Positions 1-12,489 of a stretch of DNA of 64,000 nt are shown piece by piece (position 1 is the first letter of the stretch; each line of letters begins with the position of its first letter). Both the position numbers and the translations under genes were made by a program. Source of the stretch: Amoebophrya sp. A120 (taxonomy: Eukaryota; Protista; Dinoflagellata); assembly GCA_905178155.1 (NCBI GenBank), contig CAJINV010000002.1, positions 11,874,729 through 11,938,728 of the forward strand, read 5' to 3'. The notes beneath the pieces are model-generated. The model did no database searches and was not told the DNA's origin. It saw only the letters and a list, made by a program, of their open reading frames with translations.

Positions 1-42
1 GGGTTTGGATCGCAAAACCAGCCGACAGGCTCGATTGGGACC

Positions 43-3000
43 ATGAACCACGGTATGGCAGCCACTTTCCAGGGGACGAATGCAGGGGGCGCGGGGCAAA
101 ACAATATGGGCGGTGGCAACATGAACCAAATGGGTGGAGGCATGATGGGCGGAAGCCAAAACAGTAACCCGAACGCCATGGGGGCTGCAAACAGTATGCA
201 GAACACAATGAGTGGAAGCAACCAGAACCCTGGCATGATGGGCTACGGTGGGGCAAACCAACAAAACCAAAATGCCGGCAGCATGATGGGCGGGCAGGGG
301 AACGCGATGCAGATGCAGAACAACATGAACGCACAGAACCTGCAACAAAGCATGAACCAACCTGGGGGCGCGAGCAACCAAAGCACGGCGGGAGGCGGCC
401 CGGTCGTGGGAGCTCTTTCTATGAGCAATTTAACCCAGATGTCCAGCTCCTTGCAGCAGCAGCAGCAGCTGTCGCATCAGCAGGGGGGTCCGGGAGCAAA
501 TCAGATGATGCAGGGCGGGATGTACGGGGCGCAGAACACGATGAATTTGCACCAGAACCTGATGAACCCGGACGGCACCATGCCGGATCAGGGTTCTTTG
601 AACGCGTCCACGATGAGCATGAACCAAAACGACGGCACGCAGTCGCAGGTTGGTCAGCTGACGGCCACGCAGTCGATGATGAGCTCGCACTCGAACGTCG
701 GCGGCATGGGGCAGCACACGCAGAGCCAGGGCGGCGCTGCGGGTTCCTTTAACCAGTTTCAGTACAACCAGCAGGGCAGCAGCAGCAGTTTGAACGCGGG
801 ACAAGCCGGGCAGCAGTTCCAATACAACATGGGCGGGGGCCCCGGGTCGCAGTTGCAAACGCAAGGCAGCGCCACGTTTTACCCCGCCGCCACCTTTTCG
901 CAGAACCCCTCAGGAAACAACCTGATTCCGGCATCCACCACCTCGGGCACCGCGGTGCAGATGGGGTTCCAGGCCCCGCCTACTTCCACTGGCACCACGG
1001 CCAGCGGTGCCGCCGCGCCGGAGCCACCGAAGAAGAGCAAGGCGTTTGCAATCATCAATCCCAACACAGGGAAGAGCATAAGTGACCAGGTGAAGGACGA
1101 CGAGGCGCGCCGCCAGAGCAAGGAAAAGCAGGAAGAGGGAGGGTCGGCGCTCGCCAAAACCCAGTCGCTGCTCGTCGGGGCGGGCGCTACGGCAAATGGC
1201 ACAGCCACGAATGAGCAGACGCCCGCAAGCACCTCCGCGGACCCCAAGCAAGCCCAGACCGTGCCCGCGACCCCGATCGTGCTGGCCGCGGCCGACGGTG
1301 GCGCCGGCACCGCGGCGCCGATGGCGACACCGGGCGCACCAGATGGGGGCGACGGACCGGCGTCTACGGCCGGCAAGAGAGAGGAAGCGCCGGAGCAGCC
1401 GGGGAGCGCGGAGTCAACAGGCAGCAAGCTCCCGGTGTCAAGTACGGAGTCCACGGCAGGAACCAGCAAGTTGGCGAAGCAGCGCGATATGTTTGCTGCG
1501 TTCGACGAAAAGACCAAGGGGCGGAGTAATGCGGCCTTTCTTCAATCGAAAGGCCTCGGGCTCGGTGTCCAGACCGCGACCAGGAAGGATCATAAGGCCT
1601 TTATCAACACTGGGGCAAGAGCACAGCATCACCTCCAGCACCACGATATCAAGGAGCCGCACAGTAAAAACGGAGCAGACGTGAAGAGCAAGGAGCACAT
1701 CAAGAAGGAAGGCGCGACAAGCAAAGCGGGGGTGCTGGATGGGTACGCTACCTTGCAGGAGTACATGAAAGCGCAGCAGGAGAAGGCGCATCTGCCGAAG
1801 CCTCATAAAGCGGCGAAACAAAATAAGCCGTCACCCACTCTGCAGCCCCAGCCTGTTGCTTCCGGCGCCGGGGAGCAGCCGCCCACCTCGCGGCCGAAGC
1901 CACAGCAGCCTGACGCGGCGTTGAGCGAGCACCTGAAAGAGGATGCTGTGCACCAGCCGCTGGCGCCGATGGAAAAGTTGCACGCAAAGCTGGCCGCCAA
2001 ACGAGGCGGAGATAAGTATTTCAACGCGGATCACAAGTTCGAGAACCGCGACGACTTAAAGAAGCAGTTTATGGAAAGTCTGCAAAAGATCAGTCGGCGG
2101 GAGAAACACCGCAGCAGCGCGGACGCCGCGGACAGGGATACGGGGAGCCTACTGAAAAGCGGGCCCAAGAGCGACAAGCCGGCGACACCATCACCCACGA
2201 CGGAGCCGGAGGATGGCGGGCGGAAGGCGTTCCAGCCCGGCTCCCGCACTACCGCGCAATCCAAGGACACCACGCTGCGCACGCGCAACCAGTCGGCGAA
2301 GCCCTCGCACCGCAACGATTTGATCGCCGCCCTCGCGCTGGATAGCGAACACGGGACGACGCGCCAGGCGCGCCGCAGCGTCAACAGCTTGGACCTGCAC
2401 AACAAAACCACCTCCAGCTCGTCCAAGCGGTCCAATCGCTCCCCACTAGATGCCGGCGGTAACGTGCCGGACCCCCGTACCTCGGACATGAGCGCATACA
2501 CCTTAGGGGGCAACAAGCGCGAGAAGAAGAAGCTGCAGAATCGTGCGCTCGCGGACCTGGGGAATGCAGCTGCAGAGCCTGGGGGCGGCGGCGCTCAGGC
2601 TGACGGAAAAGTACTTTTCTTTACTTGCGATACTTCTGACGTTTTGATGGAGATATTTTGACTTTCTACTAAATAAACATGTACATCATGGAATCACTAC
2701 AGCCGGTTGACGCGGCTCCTCACATCCCTGCAGCCAGCAAGTGCTGGTGTTCTTTTCTTGTTGTAGGAAAGCTGTGCATGAAATTCTAGATGAAGGCACA
2801 CGGATAATAAGAGAGCTGTTCGTCAGACTTGCGTGTGCCTACGTATCTGAAATCAACAAAGATTTGACCTCTACTCTAACTTGTCAGGGTCAGCAGACGG
2901 CGCAACCACCTTTACCCATTGGTACCCTATCCACCGCCAACGTGCGCGCCTTCACTCAGGGAACAGGGTACCAACCGAACGACGCGTACTTGTATCAGGC

Positions 3001-6000
3001 GGGCTTTCCGCAAAACCAACACCATATGATGATGGCGCAAAACAACATGCACGGCATCGCCAACGGTGCTCAGCAAAATCAAGTCGGAATGCAGCAGCTG
3101 CCCGTTGCTTCCCAAGATCTCACCCAAGGCACGGAAGCACTCTACCAAGCAATGCGCATTCGCTTTGACGAGCTCAAGATACCCGGGGAGCTGATGATGA
3201 AAACAGTATTTCAAAATTTCCATACACTTTCTCGCCCTTTGTTGTACATGCACTTAGACATCATCTTCCAGGCTCGCAGCGTACTATCGAATCAAAATCT
3301 GGATGAAGAGACAGTGCAAAGTCTGCTTGCTTTATATAGTGTGCAAAACCATAATATCCGCAACAAAATCATAGGCGGAATATTGTATGCACCTCGTAGT
3401 CACCAACGAGATTGACGTGGAGGTGCAGCAGGTGCTAGCGAACGCTCCCGACAACAACATAGTGCAAGTGCGCGGACAGATGATGCGTAGTGCACAACAT
3501 CGTGGGGCGCAGCTTTTGGCCGCCTGGGCCGTGCGCGAGGATTTGTTCTTTGACGTAAAGAACCCTCCGACACTTACCGACCTCCAACAGACTATCATGG
3601 ATTGGTATAGCCGCGGCCAATGGCAGCAAGCGGATGGTACGTGGGGACGCAGGACCTTTAACGAAATCATCGCTGCACCTATGCACACGTACTTACCATT
3701 TTTCCCAATGATTATTTCTGACTAATTCTCAACTGATTTTTGCTCGCGGCGATCCGGATTGTTGCCGGCATGCTTGAGATGTCAAACTGAAATCTACTTT
3801 AACTTTTACAAAAACCCTTCTAGGGTAGTTGCCATGTTGAAGATGAGTCAGCTTAGTACTTAGAGGCTGTGCAACAATTGGACCCCCTTTCGCCAAGGCG
3901 AAAGGGGGGGGGGGTAGGTTGGTCCAATTCCGGAGGACGGGGGCTGGCACCCCGACGCAAGGGCGGCGGGGGCTCCCGTCGGTCTCGCCCCACAGACAAC
4001 AATCGAACGCCCGGCGGCTCTTCTTCGTGTGCCGCCTTCGCAGGTGGCGGCTGTTCGGTTGGTCGGCAGTAGGCCCACAGGCGTACGCAACACGGCCGAA
4101 ACCATTTGCCTGCTATCTATGGGCGAGTCCAGAACCGGGCGCGCCGTAGCATGTGCGTCGGGGCGGGCAGCCCTAGGAGGGCGGGCGCCCGCGGTGTTTT
4201 TCTTCACAGACATTCCGAGCAGCAAGGTGCATCGGGTCGATTGCGGGCGCCCAATGTCATGACCCCGGGCTCCCCGTGCTGCTTGGGGGGGGGTTTGACA
4301 AGTCGGTGGGCACATGGGGTCGGCCCGAAGTTTTTTTGCCCCGTGTTGTGAGGCGCAGGCGGAGGGGGTGGGGAGGCATCCATGCGCGCGCTGTCAGGAC
4401 CGGCGAGCACAGACGGAGGCATGCAGTGTGATGCAAATGTAGTCCGAACGGGCGCGCGCAGCGCGCCCCGCAAAATTTGCCACATTAGCACTACGCGCCC
4501 GCCACCACAAATAAAACGAACAGAACAAACCTGCTCGGTTTATCGGCAGCGGGCGCGCGCAGCGGGCCCCGCAAAATTTGCCACATTAGCATCACGCGCC
4601 CGCCACCACAAATAAAACGAACAGAACAAACCTGCTCGGTTTATCGGCTGCGGGCGCGCGCAACGCGCCCCGCAAAATTTGCCACATTAGCATTACGCGC
4701 CCGCAACCACAAATAAAACGAACAGAACAAACCTGCTCGGTTTATCGGCAGCGGGCGCGCGCGGCACGCCCCGCAAAAATTTCCACATTACCAGTACGCG
4801 CCCGCCGCCACAAATAAAACGAACAGAACAAACCTGCTCGGTTTATCGGGAGCAGGCGCGCGCAGCGCGGCCCGCAAAATTTTCCACATTACCATTACGC
4901 GCCCGCCACCACAAATAAAACAAACAGAACAAACCTGCTCGGTTTATCGGGAGCAGGCGCGCGCAGCGCGAATTTTTTTGAATTCCGGCAGCGCGAGCAC
5001 TGATCGCAGCTCAAGGCCTGCTCGCAGCGGGCACGCGCACCGCGCCCCGCAATTTTTTTCACTGCGCACAGCTCCCGGCGAAAGGGGGGGGGGAGGGGGG
5101 AGGTTGGTCTCCAGCGGGCCGCTACCCCCCCTTTCGCCATGGCGAAAGGGGGTCCAATTGTTGCACAGCCTCTTACATGTCTTTACGCTAAAAAATAGGA
5201 CTGGTGACGTGGCACCCGTGCCGTCACCCAGCCCGCCCACTTCGATTCCGGTCCGCGATCTGACAGAGGAGTTTCAGACGCAGCTGCATGGCACGGTATT
5301 GTGAAATTTTTGTTTTTTCATGTTGCGGTTTCATCAAAAGTTGTATGAGATTGTCGTAAGTGTCGTGTTGTAACTCTTGGAGTATCGCCTTTTGATCATG
5401 GGTTGTGAGTTGCTGGTGTAATTTAGTGCTGCTCAGCTCGAAAAAGTACTCTGTAGAAGTAGGAGCTCTCCTGGTTTTCGCAGATCTTCGCCCGATTTCA
5501 TCACGTTCTCTCGCTTGGGGTTTTTCGAAAACTTCACACGCGAGGAACTTGCGCCTGCGCAAACGATGGAAAAAAAGATCGATCCTCCACGCATTCTATT
5601 TACTCGTACAACCCGAAAGGACACTTCTCGCTCTTTCGCGAAGACGCAACGAAAGCCAGTTTGTATGTGTCTAATACTACGCACCTACACACCAGGTGGA
5701 GGGAATGCTGCAATACAATGCGCAACACATGGAGCATGCGCGCAAGGCGTTGGATGCTCTGATGACAGACCAGCTGGAGTGGGTTAAGGTGTTTAAGAAC
5801 GAGCAGGTGCTTCAGACGCTGTTCAGATCCAATCATCACGTTTTTAGCACGTGGCACCCCCACATCAACGGCCTTGTGAACCACATCAACGCCGTTTGGC
5901 ACACGAATCCCAACTTTGACTTCGTGGCGAATCTGGGTTCCCCGCACCACAAATTGCCAGACATGCCGGGGCTGAGCAGTCCCCTGGACCAGGCCACGAT

Positions 6001-9000
6001 GGAGTGGCTGCAAAGCGGGCTGCGCGCACAGCAAACCAAACAGCCACTACAGCGGCTCACTGGAGCGGCTGCGAACGGAGCGCTTGGCGGAACGCAGCAG
6101 CCGCAGCAGAACTTGCAGCAGCAGCCGCAGCAGATGTTGCCGCTGACACAGCAACAACTACAGATAGGGCTCCAAACCTTCCAGAGTCTCCCGCAGCAGT
6201 CGCAACAGGCGCTGCAGCAGATGGCACTGAACGTCCTCACGCCTGAAGAGACCATGTTCCAGCAGAACCTGCAGCTGCGGATGCAGAGCACGCCGAACTA
6301 CCAGCTGCCTCCCCAGGAGTTGCAGCAACTCCACCAAAACCAATACAAGATCCAGATGAAGCTAGCTGAGACGGGCTGGGAAATGTACCGGCAGAACCAA
6401 GCAAGGCAGGATGGCGGGGCGACAGCGGGTGGCATGATGCAAGGCCAGCAGGCCCAGGTCGCCGCGCCCGCAAATCAGCAGTTTGGAAACATGATACCGA
6501 ACAACGGGGCCGCGACTGGGACCGGCGCCACCACGCAGCACCCCCTGCAGCAGGACGGTGCGGCGCCGCCCGCGCTGTCCCCGCCCAACGTGAACCGAGC
6601 GGGCGGTACGGGTGGTGCGGCCATGGGAGGCAACCTGTACACAAGCCATAGCGTCGAGTCCTCCGTGATGGATCCTGAGGAGGCCGCGCGCAGGGACAAG
6701 CACTACCCGCGGGACTTCATGGTGCAGGTCAGAGTGAGCCTGGAAAAGGCCGGCAAGCTCTCGGAGCCGACTGTACATTGGAAGACTGCAAAAATGGCTT
6801 CGACCGGCGAATACGACATTAAGCGAAAGACCCCATCGGGTAGCGGCCAGGGACAGCTTAGCAAAGTAAGTTCCCGTGGCGCAGGCGGGCAAGACTGGAA
6901 AAAGAAAAAGGTACCAAAATTGCATCTTGTTCACCTGCCTTACGAAGTGCTTTCGTAGAAAGTTTTGTACACCGAAACCGAATGACTTCTACTCCGTTTT
7001 GTTAGATTTGTAGTTTTGTCTAAGTACTATGATAATGATTGTTTCATCGCGCCGTCTCTCATGGTTGTCCTAATAAAGGTGTCGCAAGTACTAGAGACGA
7101 GTGACTGGATATGATCAGGAGTAGATTTGAGTCACCCGTTCTAGCCAAGAACTTCAGTATTTTTACGGCATTCTTTATCACAGTTGTTCACGGACGAGGC
7201 AGATAACTTTAGCAGTCGTGCGGACTTGATCGGCGTGCGCAATTTTAGCAACAACGCATTTGCCGGCGGAAACCGGGGGTACGGCCAGTACCAGCAGCCG
7301 AACGACCTGGGGCTGCTGAAGAAGACGCAGAACGCGTACCAGGTGGGGCACGTGGACGGCAGCCGGCTTCAGCAGATCAAGCGGCAAGTACAGGCCTTGC
7401 TGAACAAGATCGCGCCGGACAACCTGCAGGTTATCGTGGACCAGATGGCCAAGATCGAGATCGAGCGGGCCAACGAGCTCGACATGGTGATCGAACTGGT
7501 GTACGCAAAAGCCTTGAACGAGGACCACTACTGCCAAACTTATGCGGACATGGTCTACAATCTGAAAACCCGGTACCCCGAATTCCCCTCGGAGGAGGAT
7601 CCCACCAAAAAGATCACTTTCCACCGCCAGCTACTCACCGTCTGCCAAGACAAGTACGAATCCTGTAGCAGAATGCTGGCGGGCGACGAAATGGTATTGG
7701 CTGACATTCAGCGCTTTTTTTTATTCAAGATAATGCCCTGATTCTGATCCAGTCCAGAGCCGTCGCAGAATTAGGATCTGTAGGCGGAAACGGGTTTCTT
7801 GATTCGTTCAGGGTTTCTATTTTTTATTTTGGAGAAATTCAACTGGCAGCACACACACAAACTTGTACTCCACCGTTGTAAAAAAACTAGAAGAACATCA
7901 ACGAGAGAGTCAGAATGTTGCTGATTCATCTAATGCGGCGTGGTCGCAAAAAGTAACAGAAAACGGAAACTATGAGATACGTTCTTCTTGTGGCGTGTTA
8001 GGTTTTCTGTGGTACTTGACACTCCCATTAAAAACAATATCACAGCCAGCGGACCTGAAAGGCCAGGAGCTGGCCGCGGAGATGAAGAAGCGACGCAAGC
8101 ACAGTATAACGAACATGAAGTTTATCGGGCAGTTGTTTCTGCGGCAGTTGCTGTCTGTGAAGGTGATCACGTCTGTGATAGAGGATCTGATCCAGCTGAA
8201 CAGCGAAGAAGTGGGGGGACCGCGGGAAGATGAGCTCGAGTGCGCCGTGGAGTTACTGCAGACGATCGGCTACACGCTCGAGTCCGTCACGGCCAACGCC
8301 CCGAACGGGGAGCAGCAGCAGGGCGGTAACAACGGCGAGCAGCAGCAGTCCTCGCGCCTTTCGAACTACTTCTCCAAGTTGCGATTCCTCAAGACGAGCA
8401 AGGATGAGGGGGGCAATTACCGCTACAGCAAGCGCTGCCAATTTCTCATTCAAGACCTGCTTGACCTACGCATGCAGGGGTGGAGAAAAAAGATGCTCAA
8501 GGAGGCCGCTAAGAAGAAGGAGGACATGTCGGGTGACTTGAACGACCCTAACGCGGCCCGACCATTCGAATTCGAAATTGCAGGCGCCAGGCCTGACTAC
8601 ATATCAGGTAACAGTATTAGCACGTCTAGTTTATCATGTTTGTTGTTGCCAACGTCGACAGCCTGTGCACAAACACTGTTTCTGGAGGTGAAGCAGTACA
8701 GTACTTCCAATTCATTTTCTGTCTACCGTTTCTTTTAGAACCGAAAGAAGAACCGTCGGGTCAGCTTTTCAGCGAGCAAGTTCGAATTTTCCTATTCGAT
8801 GAATGAAGATCGCGATCCCTCAAGCGACAAGTTCAATAAATGAAGTCAATGCGTGGACACCAAAACCACAGCTGCCAAGAATCAGCGAGCAGACAAAGGC
8901 GAGCAGAAGGACGTCGACATGAAGTCAGTCACCAAGATCATCACGTATTTTGCGGAGGACGACGATAAAGACGAGCAAGCTGTGGCGAACAGACTAAAGA

Positions 9001-9860
9001 AAGGTATAGCATTAAAGCCCATCATGCACACATTCTAGTAAGTACCATGCGTAAAGCAATACGTTTTTGTTACTGCGCTCGCGTATTTTTTCTCAGCGTT
9101 GTGATCGCATTTTCTGCGTCGCTTTTTTTTGGGAACAGCATGTACTGCGAGAAAGAAATCAGCGCAAGAAAAGCTTTTACTTTCATCTTCTTGCCGATTG
9201 GTGGCATTCATTGCGGGCGCTTCGCGACGAGAGCGTGCTGAGTAATAAGGCGCCAAAATAATGAATGAAAATAACATCTACATCTCGACAGATTTCACGG
9301 ATTCGGTACCGCCGAACATGGTAGAAAAGGCCCTGCAAATCGCGGTTCAATACGCGCAAGCGAAAGGCGAACGAAGTGGGAAAGTATCAAGCATGTTCTT
9401 AGCACTTGCCGACAAGGGCGCCTGCAGATACGGACAAGTAGGAGCAGCTATTGGGGACGGTATTGATTGTTTTTGTTTTCATCTTTTATGTGGATCACTT
9501 TACATGAGAGTTTTCCTATTTACGTTTGAAAATGCCTGCCCCTTGAAGATCCACGACAATTCATTCTGATGATCAGGCCTGGCTAACCTGCACGATACGC
9601 TGATGGACGAACCGCAGGCGGACCAGATTTTCCACGTGTTTTTCGCGCGTTGTTTTACCGAAGTGAAGAACATGGGTCATTTTGATAACTTCTTCACGGA
9701 GCTGCGGGATCGCGTCTTGGTGGAAGACGAAGGGGCCGATATGGTGGCGCGCAAAGAATGCGTCCGCAAGGTGATGAACCAGGTCAAGCAAACATCCTTT
9801 CGCATTCGGAGGGAGCAGCGGGAGCTGATTGACAAGTTTCTAGTCGACTTGGAGCCTTGA
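43..9860 (+). CDS. eIF4G: Eukaryotic translation initiation factor 4G (MIF4G domain), multi-exon; probably begins upstream of the window
   Basis: Phase-consistent GT-AG exon chain: 43-2610, 2888-3205, 3272-3320, 3400-3688, 5199-5295, 5696-6910, 7184-7693, 8046-8607, 8872-9003, 9292-9459, 9577-9860. MIF4G motifs VQALLNKIAPDNL, ELVYAKALNEDHYCQTYADM, NMKFIGQLF, LECAVELLQTIG, SKRCQFLIQDLLDLR. eIF4E-binding-like YPRDFMV and PABP-binding-like KKSKAFAIINPNTGKSI. The frame is open back to position 1. Confidence 0.88.
3863..5172. mobile_element. Non-autonomous PIF/Harbinger-type DNA transposon inside eIF4G intron 3689-5198
   Basis: ~48-bp TIR GAGGCTGTGCAACAATTGGACCCCCTTTCGCCA(A/T)GGCGAAAGGGGGGG at both ends; TTA at 3860-3862 and 5173-5175; no transposase ORF. 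Confidence 0.88.
4451..4970. repeat. ~101-bp tandem repeat, about 5 copies, internal to the Harbinger-type element
   Basis: Unit GCGCGCGCAGCGCGCCCCGCAAAATTTGCCACATTAGCA...CACAAATAAAACGAACAGAACAAACCTGCTCGGTTTATCGG recurs with CAAAA(T/A)TT at ~4471, 4572, 4673, 4774, 4875. Confidence 0.93.
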
Positions 9861-12489
9861 AGAAAGGAGCAGGCACAAGGCGGACTACAGTTCCCGGGCT
9901 GACGATCAATTTCGACAGTTAGAAGCTGTGCTGCTTTCCCCTGTTCTTTCCGGTTCTAGTCGTTCGCGAGGATAGTAAGGATCCGCTCACTCCGACTCCC
10001 CGCGCCATTGCTACCGCCGCACGATCTCCAACAACGCGATCTCCTGATGTGATTGCAAAATGCGCGACTTCATCTCCCTCGTCCCATCCCTGTAAAAAAT
10101 TACAATTCACAAGAACGACACCCGCGTGCGACCCCGGAGCAGTCTACTAACTTAGCTGTTTTTATCGAATAAGATTGGAGCAGGCCAGCATCAATCTTCT
10201 AGTTAGGAAAAGCAATCGCAATCACCAAGTAGTCAACGTAAATACAAAAGTGACACCAGTTGTCAAAAGATGAAACTCAGTAAATGATAAACTCGACCAT
10301 TGCCAGTAAGTGTCTTGCGGTGGGGGTTCGTCTAAAGTAGCACCACACAAGAAGACCCTTGTTGGCAAGCGCAAACGTCGGGCAAAGAAGTTTTTCTCGT
10401 TTCCATCACAAGCAACCCTGGCGTTGAGCGATCGAAATTCAAGATAAAGTTGCTGCGTTTGATTTTTTTTTGAAGTTGAGGAATTTTTTTAAAAAAGGAG
10501 TTTGACCAGAAAAACGCAGGTCAAGCATCGCGGCAGGGAACAAAGAAAGTGTCGTCCTCTACAACTGGCATTGTTGTAGCTTCCATAATACCTTTAGGCC
10601 ATTATCAGGATAGCCGTGAGAACCGATTCAGCTTGTCCTGTGCGCACGCTTATTTTACAGATTAGCGTGAGTGTGGGAACCGAAGGATGAATGTGATAAG
10701 TACTACTTGTCTAGTTTCCGAGAAGCATAAGTGGTGACGCATGAAGATGGTCACACAATCTCAAGGTCGCCGGTATCTGCATCTGAGACTATAACCGAAG
10801 GAAAAACTACAAGCAGTGCCGGCTTTTTTCAAGTACTGGCTAGAGAATACAGATTGAGAGTCAGCAATTACTGGTCGATAAGGCTGCTCCCGTATCCATT
10901 TACCAAGTTTGGTACTCTCCAACGACACGGATGAGGAGTGCCAGTAGATGGACGCGAAAACTTAAACTCGTCGAAAATTCTTGTGCTAGCAACACGCATC
11001 AACATTTCAAAAGAAAATTATAATCAGCAGAACTTGTTTATTTTGTCGTGAGGAAGCAGCTGCGCCTGCGCCCGCTGGGTTTTTGACTGGATACACATCA
11101 TTTTTATTTACTCTAGACTACGGCGCTTCTTCATGAATAGGACGTATGTACCCAACGAATTGAGTTTCTTTGAAATGATACAGGTCATCCCCCGTATTAT
11201 TACTAATTGGAATTGGAATCTGTCGCTTCTAAGTCTGTTACAGCTGTAGTTTCGAAGGGCAAGCATTTCTTGTGTCTTCGAGCGTTTCACCAAAAAGTTT
11301 ATACCACTCTCGTCCTCACTACTGTACGTAGTTTGTTTACAGCAACACATATGAGAATCAATGTATCTTTCACGCATTCGTACTTTCACTTTTCAATTGC
11401 TCCTGTTCCGGTTCGTATAGGAGGATTCTTGGAACTACAAGAGCACGCTTTTTCATCTTTTTTCGTCAATGTACCTACAAGCAGCACAAGACGGCTTATC
11501 TATCTAATATCTGAAATTAATTGTTGTAAGTTGCTGTAAGTTGTTGCTAACGCTCTCGCTCGCATTACCCTTCATGAATTATCTGTTCACCTACAGTACT
11601 CCACTACTCCTCCACCCGCATTGAATTTTGTTTTTTCGGGTCCAGCTTCTCCTCGGTACTCCGACTTCAGTTAGTCGCGCCGTTGCAAAGCTGGAATTCC
11701 GAAAAGCGCAGCGCCACTTCGATGGAACAAGTTATTTTTCGATGTGCCGGCTTCACTATCTTAATCTTTACGTCTGGATGTCCTTCCCCTTTGTCGATCT
11801 CAGCTGTCTCAACGTATCTACCGGTAGGAACGGGGATTGGCGATGAATTTGAGGCAACTTTTTATGAGCAGGGGACACAAAATCAAACTCAAAGTGTTCA
11901 GTGTCCCGTTCTGAGAGCTGTTTTTTTGTGTGCTAGATTCGGTCAGTTGTTTTGTCCGTGCTTGCGCGGAAGCATTTTTTTTTGTCGATGATTGGCACCG
12001 AGAGCGAAGCAGTTTTTTTGGTATCCATATATTCGATTTGGAGTTGGACGTCGAGATGAGCGTCAGTAATTTGAGGGAAGTCCCCATCCTTGCGGGCCCT
12101 CATACATTCAGCACTAAAATGAAATGCTTTGTTGCGATTGTACTTCAAATTCTTGCAGGCTTCTTGGGAGCTTTGTCTCACAAAGTCCTTGATGTAAAGA
12201 TTTCTTAATGTTGGACGAATTAAAAGTCAGTGTCAGACGAATCACAAGCACAACATCGAATGCATGCTAGTCGCACAGCAGTTGCGAACGGTCCAGAAGA
12301 GTTTGTGACCGTGTGATTGAATCGGCTGTACGACGTTGTGCCCCTCCTACACGAAAAATTACAGTATTTTGACAAGCAGAGAAAAGTCGCATTGCGGTTG
12401 ATCTTAATAGATTTCACTAGCTCATCAGTCCCCCCGTTTTTACTTTTGAAGATTTTCATCGTAAGCCGCATTACTGAAAACACCAAAAG

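Noticed and set aside
243-2516. Overlapping antisense ORFs within eIF4G exon 1
   Set aside because: Shadow ORFs of GC-rich coding sequence.
3206-3271. Apparent non-canonical intron in eIF4G ending at CACTTAG (3257)
   Set aside because: The downstream TTCCAG at 3271 gives an in-phase canonical GT-AG intron.
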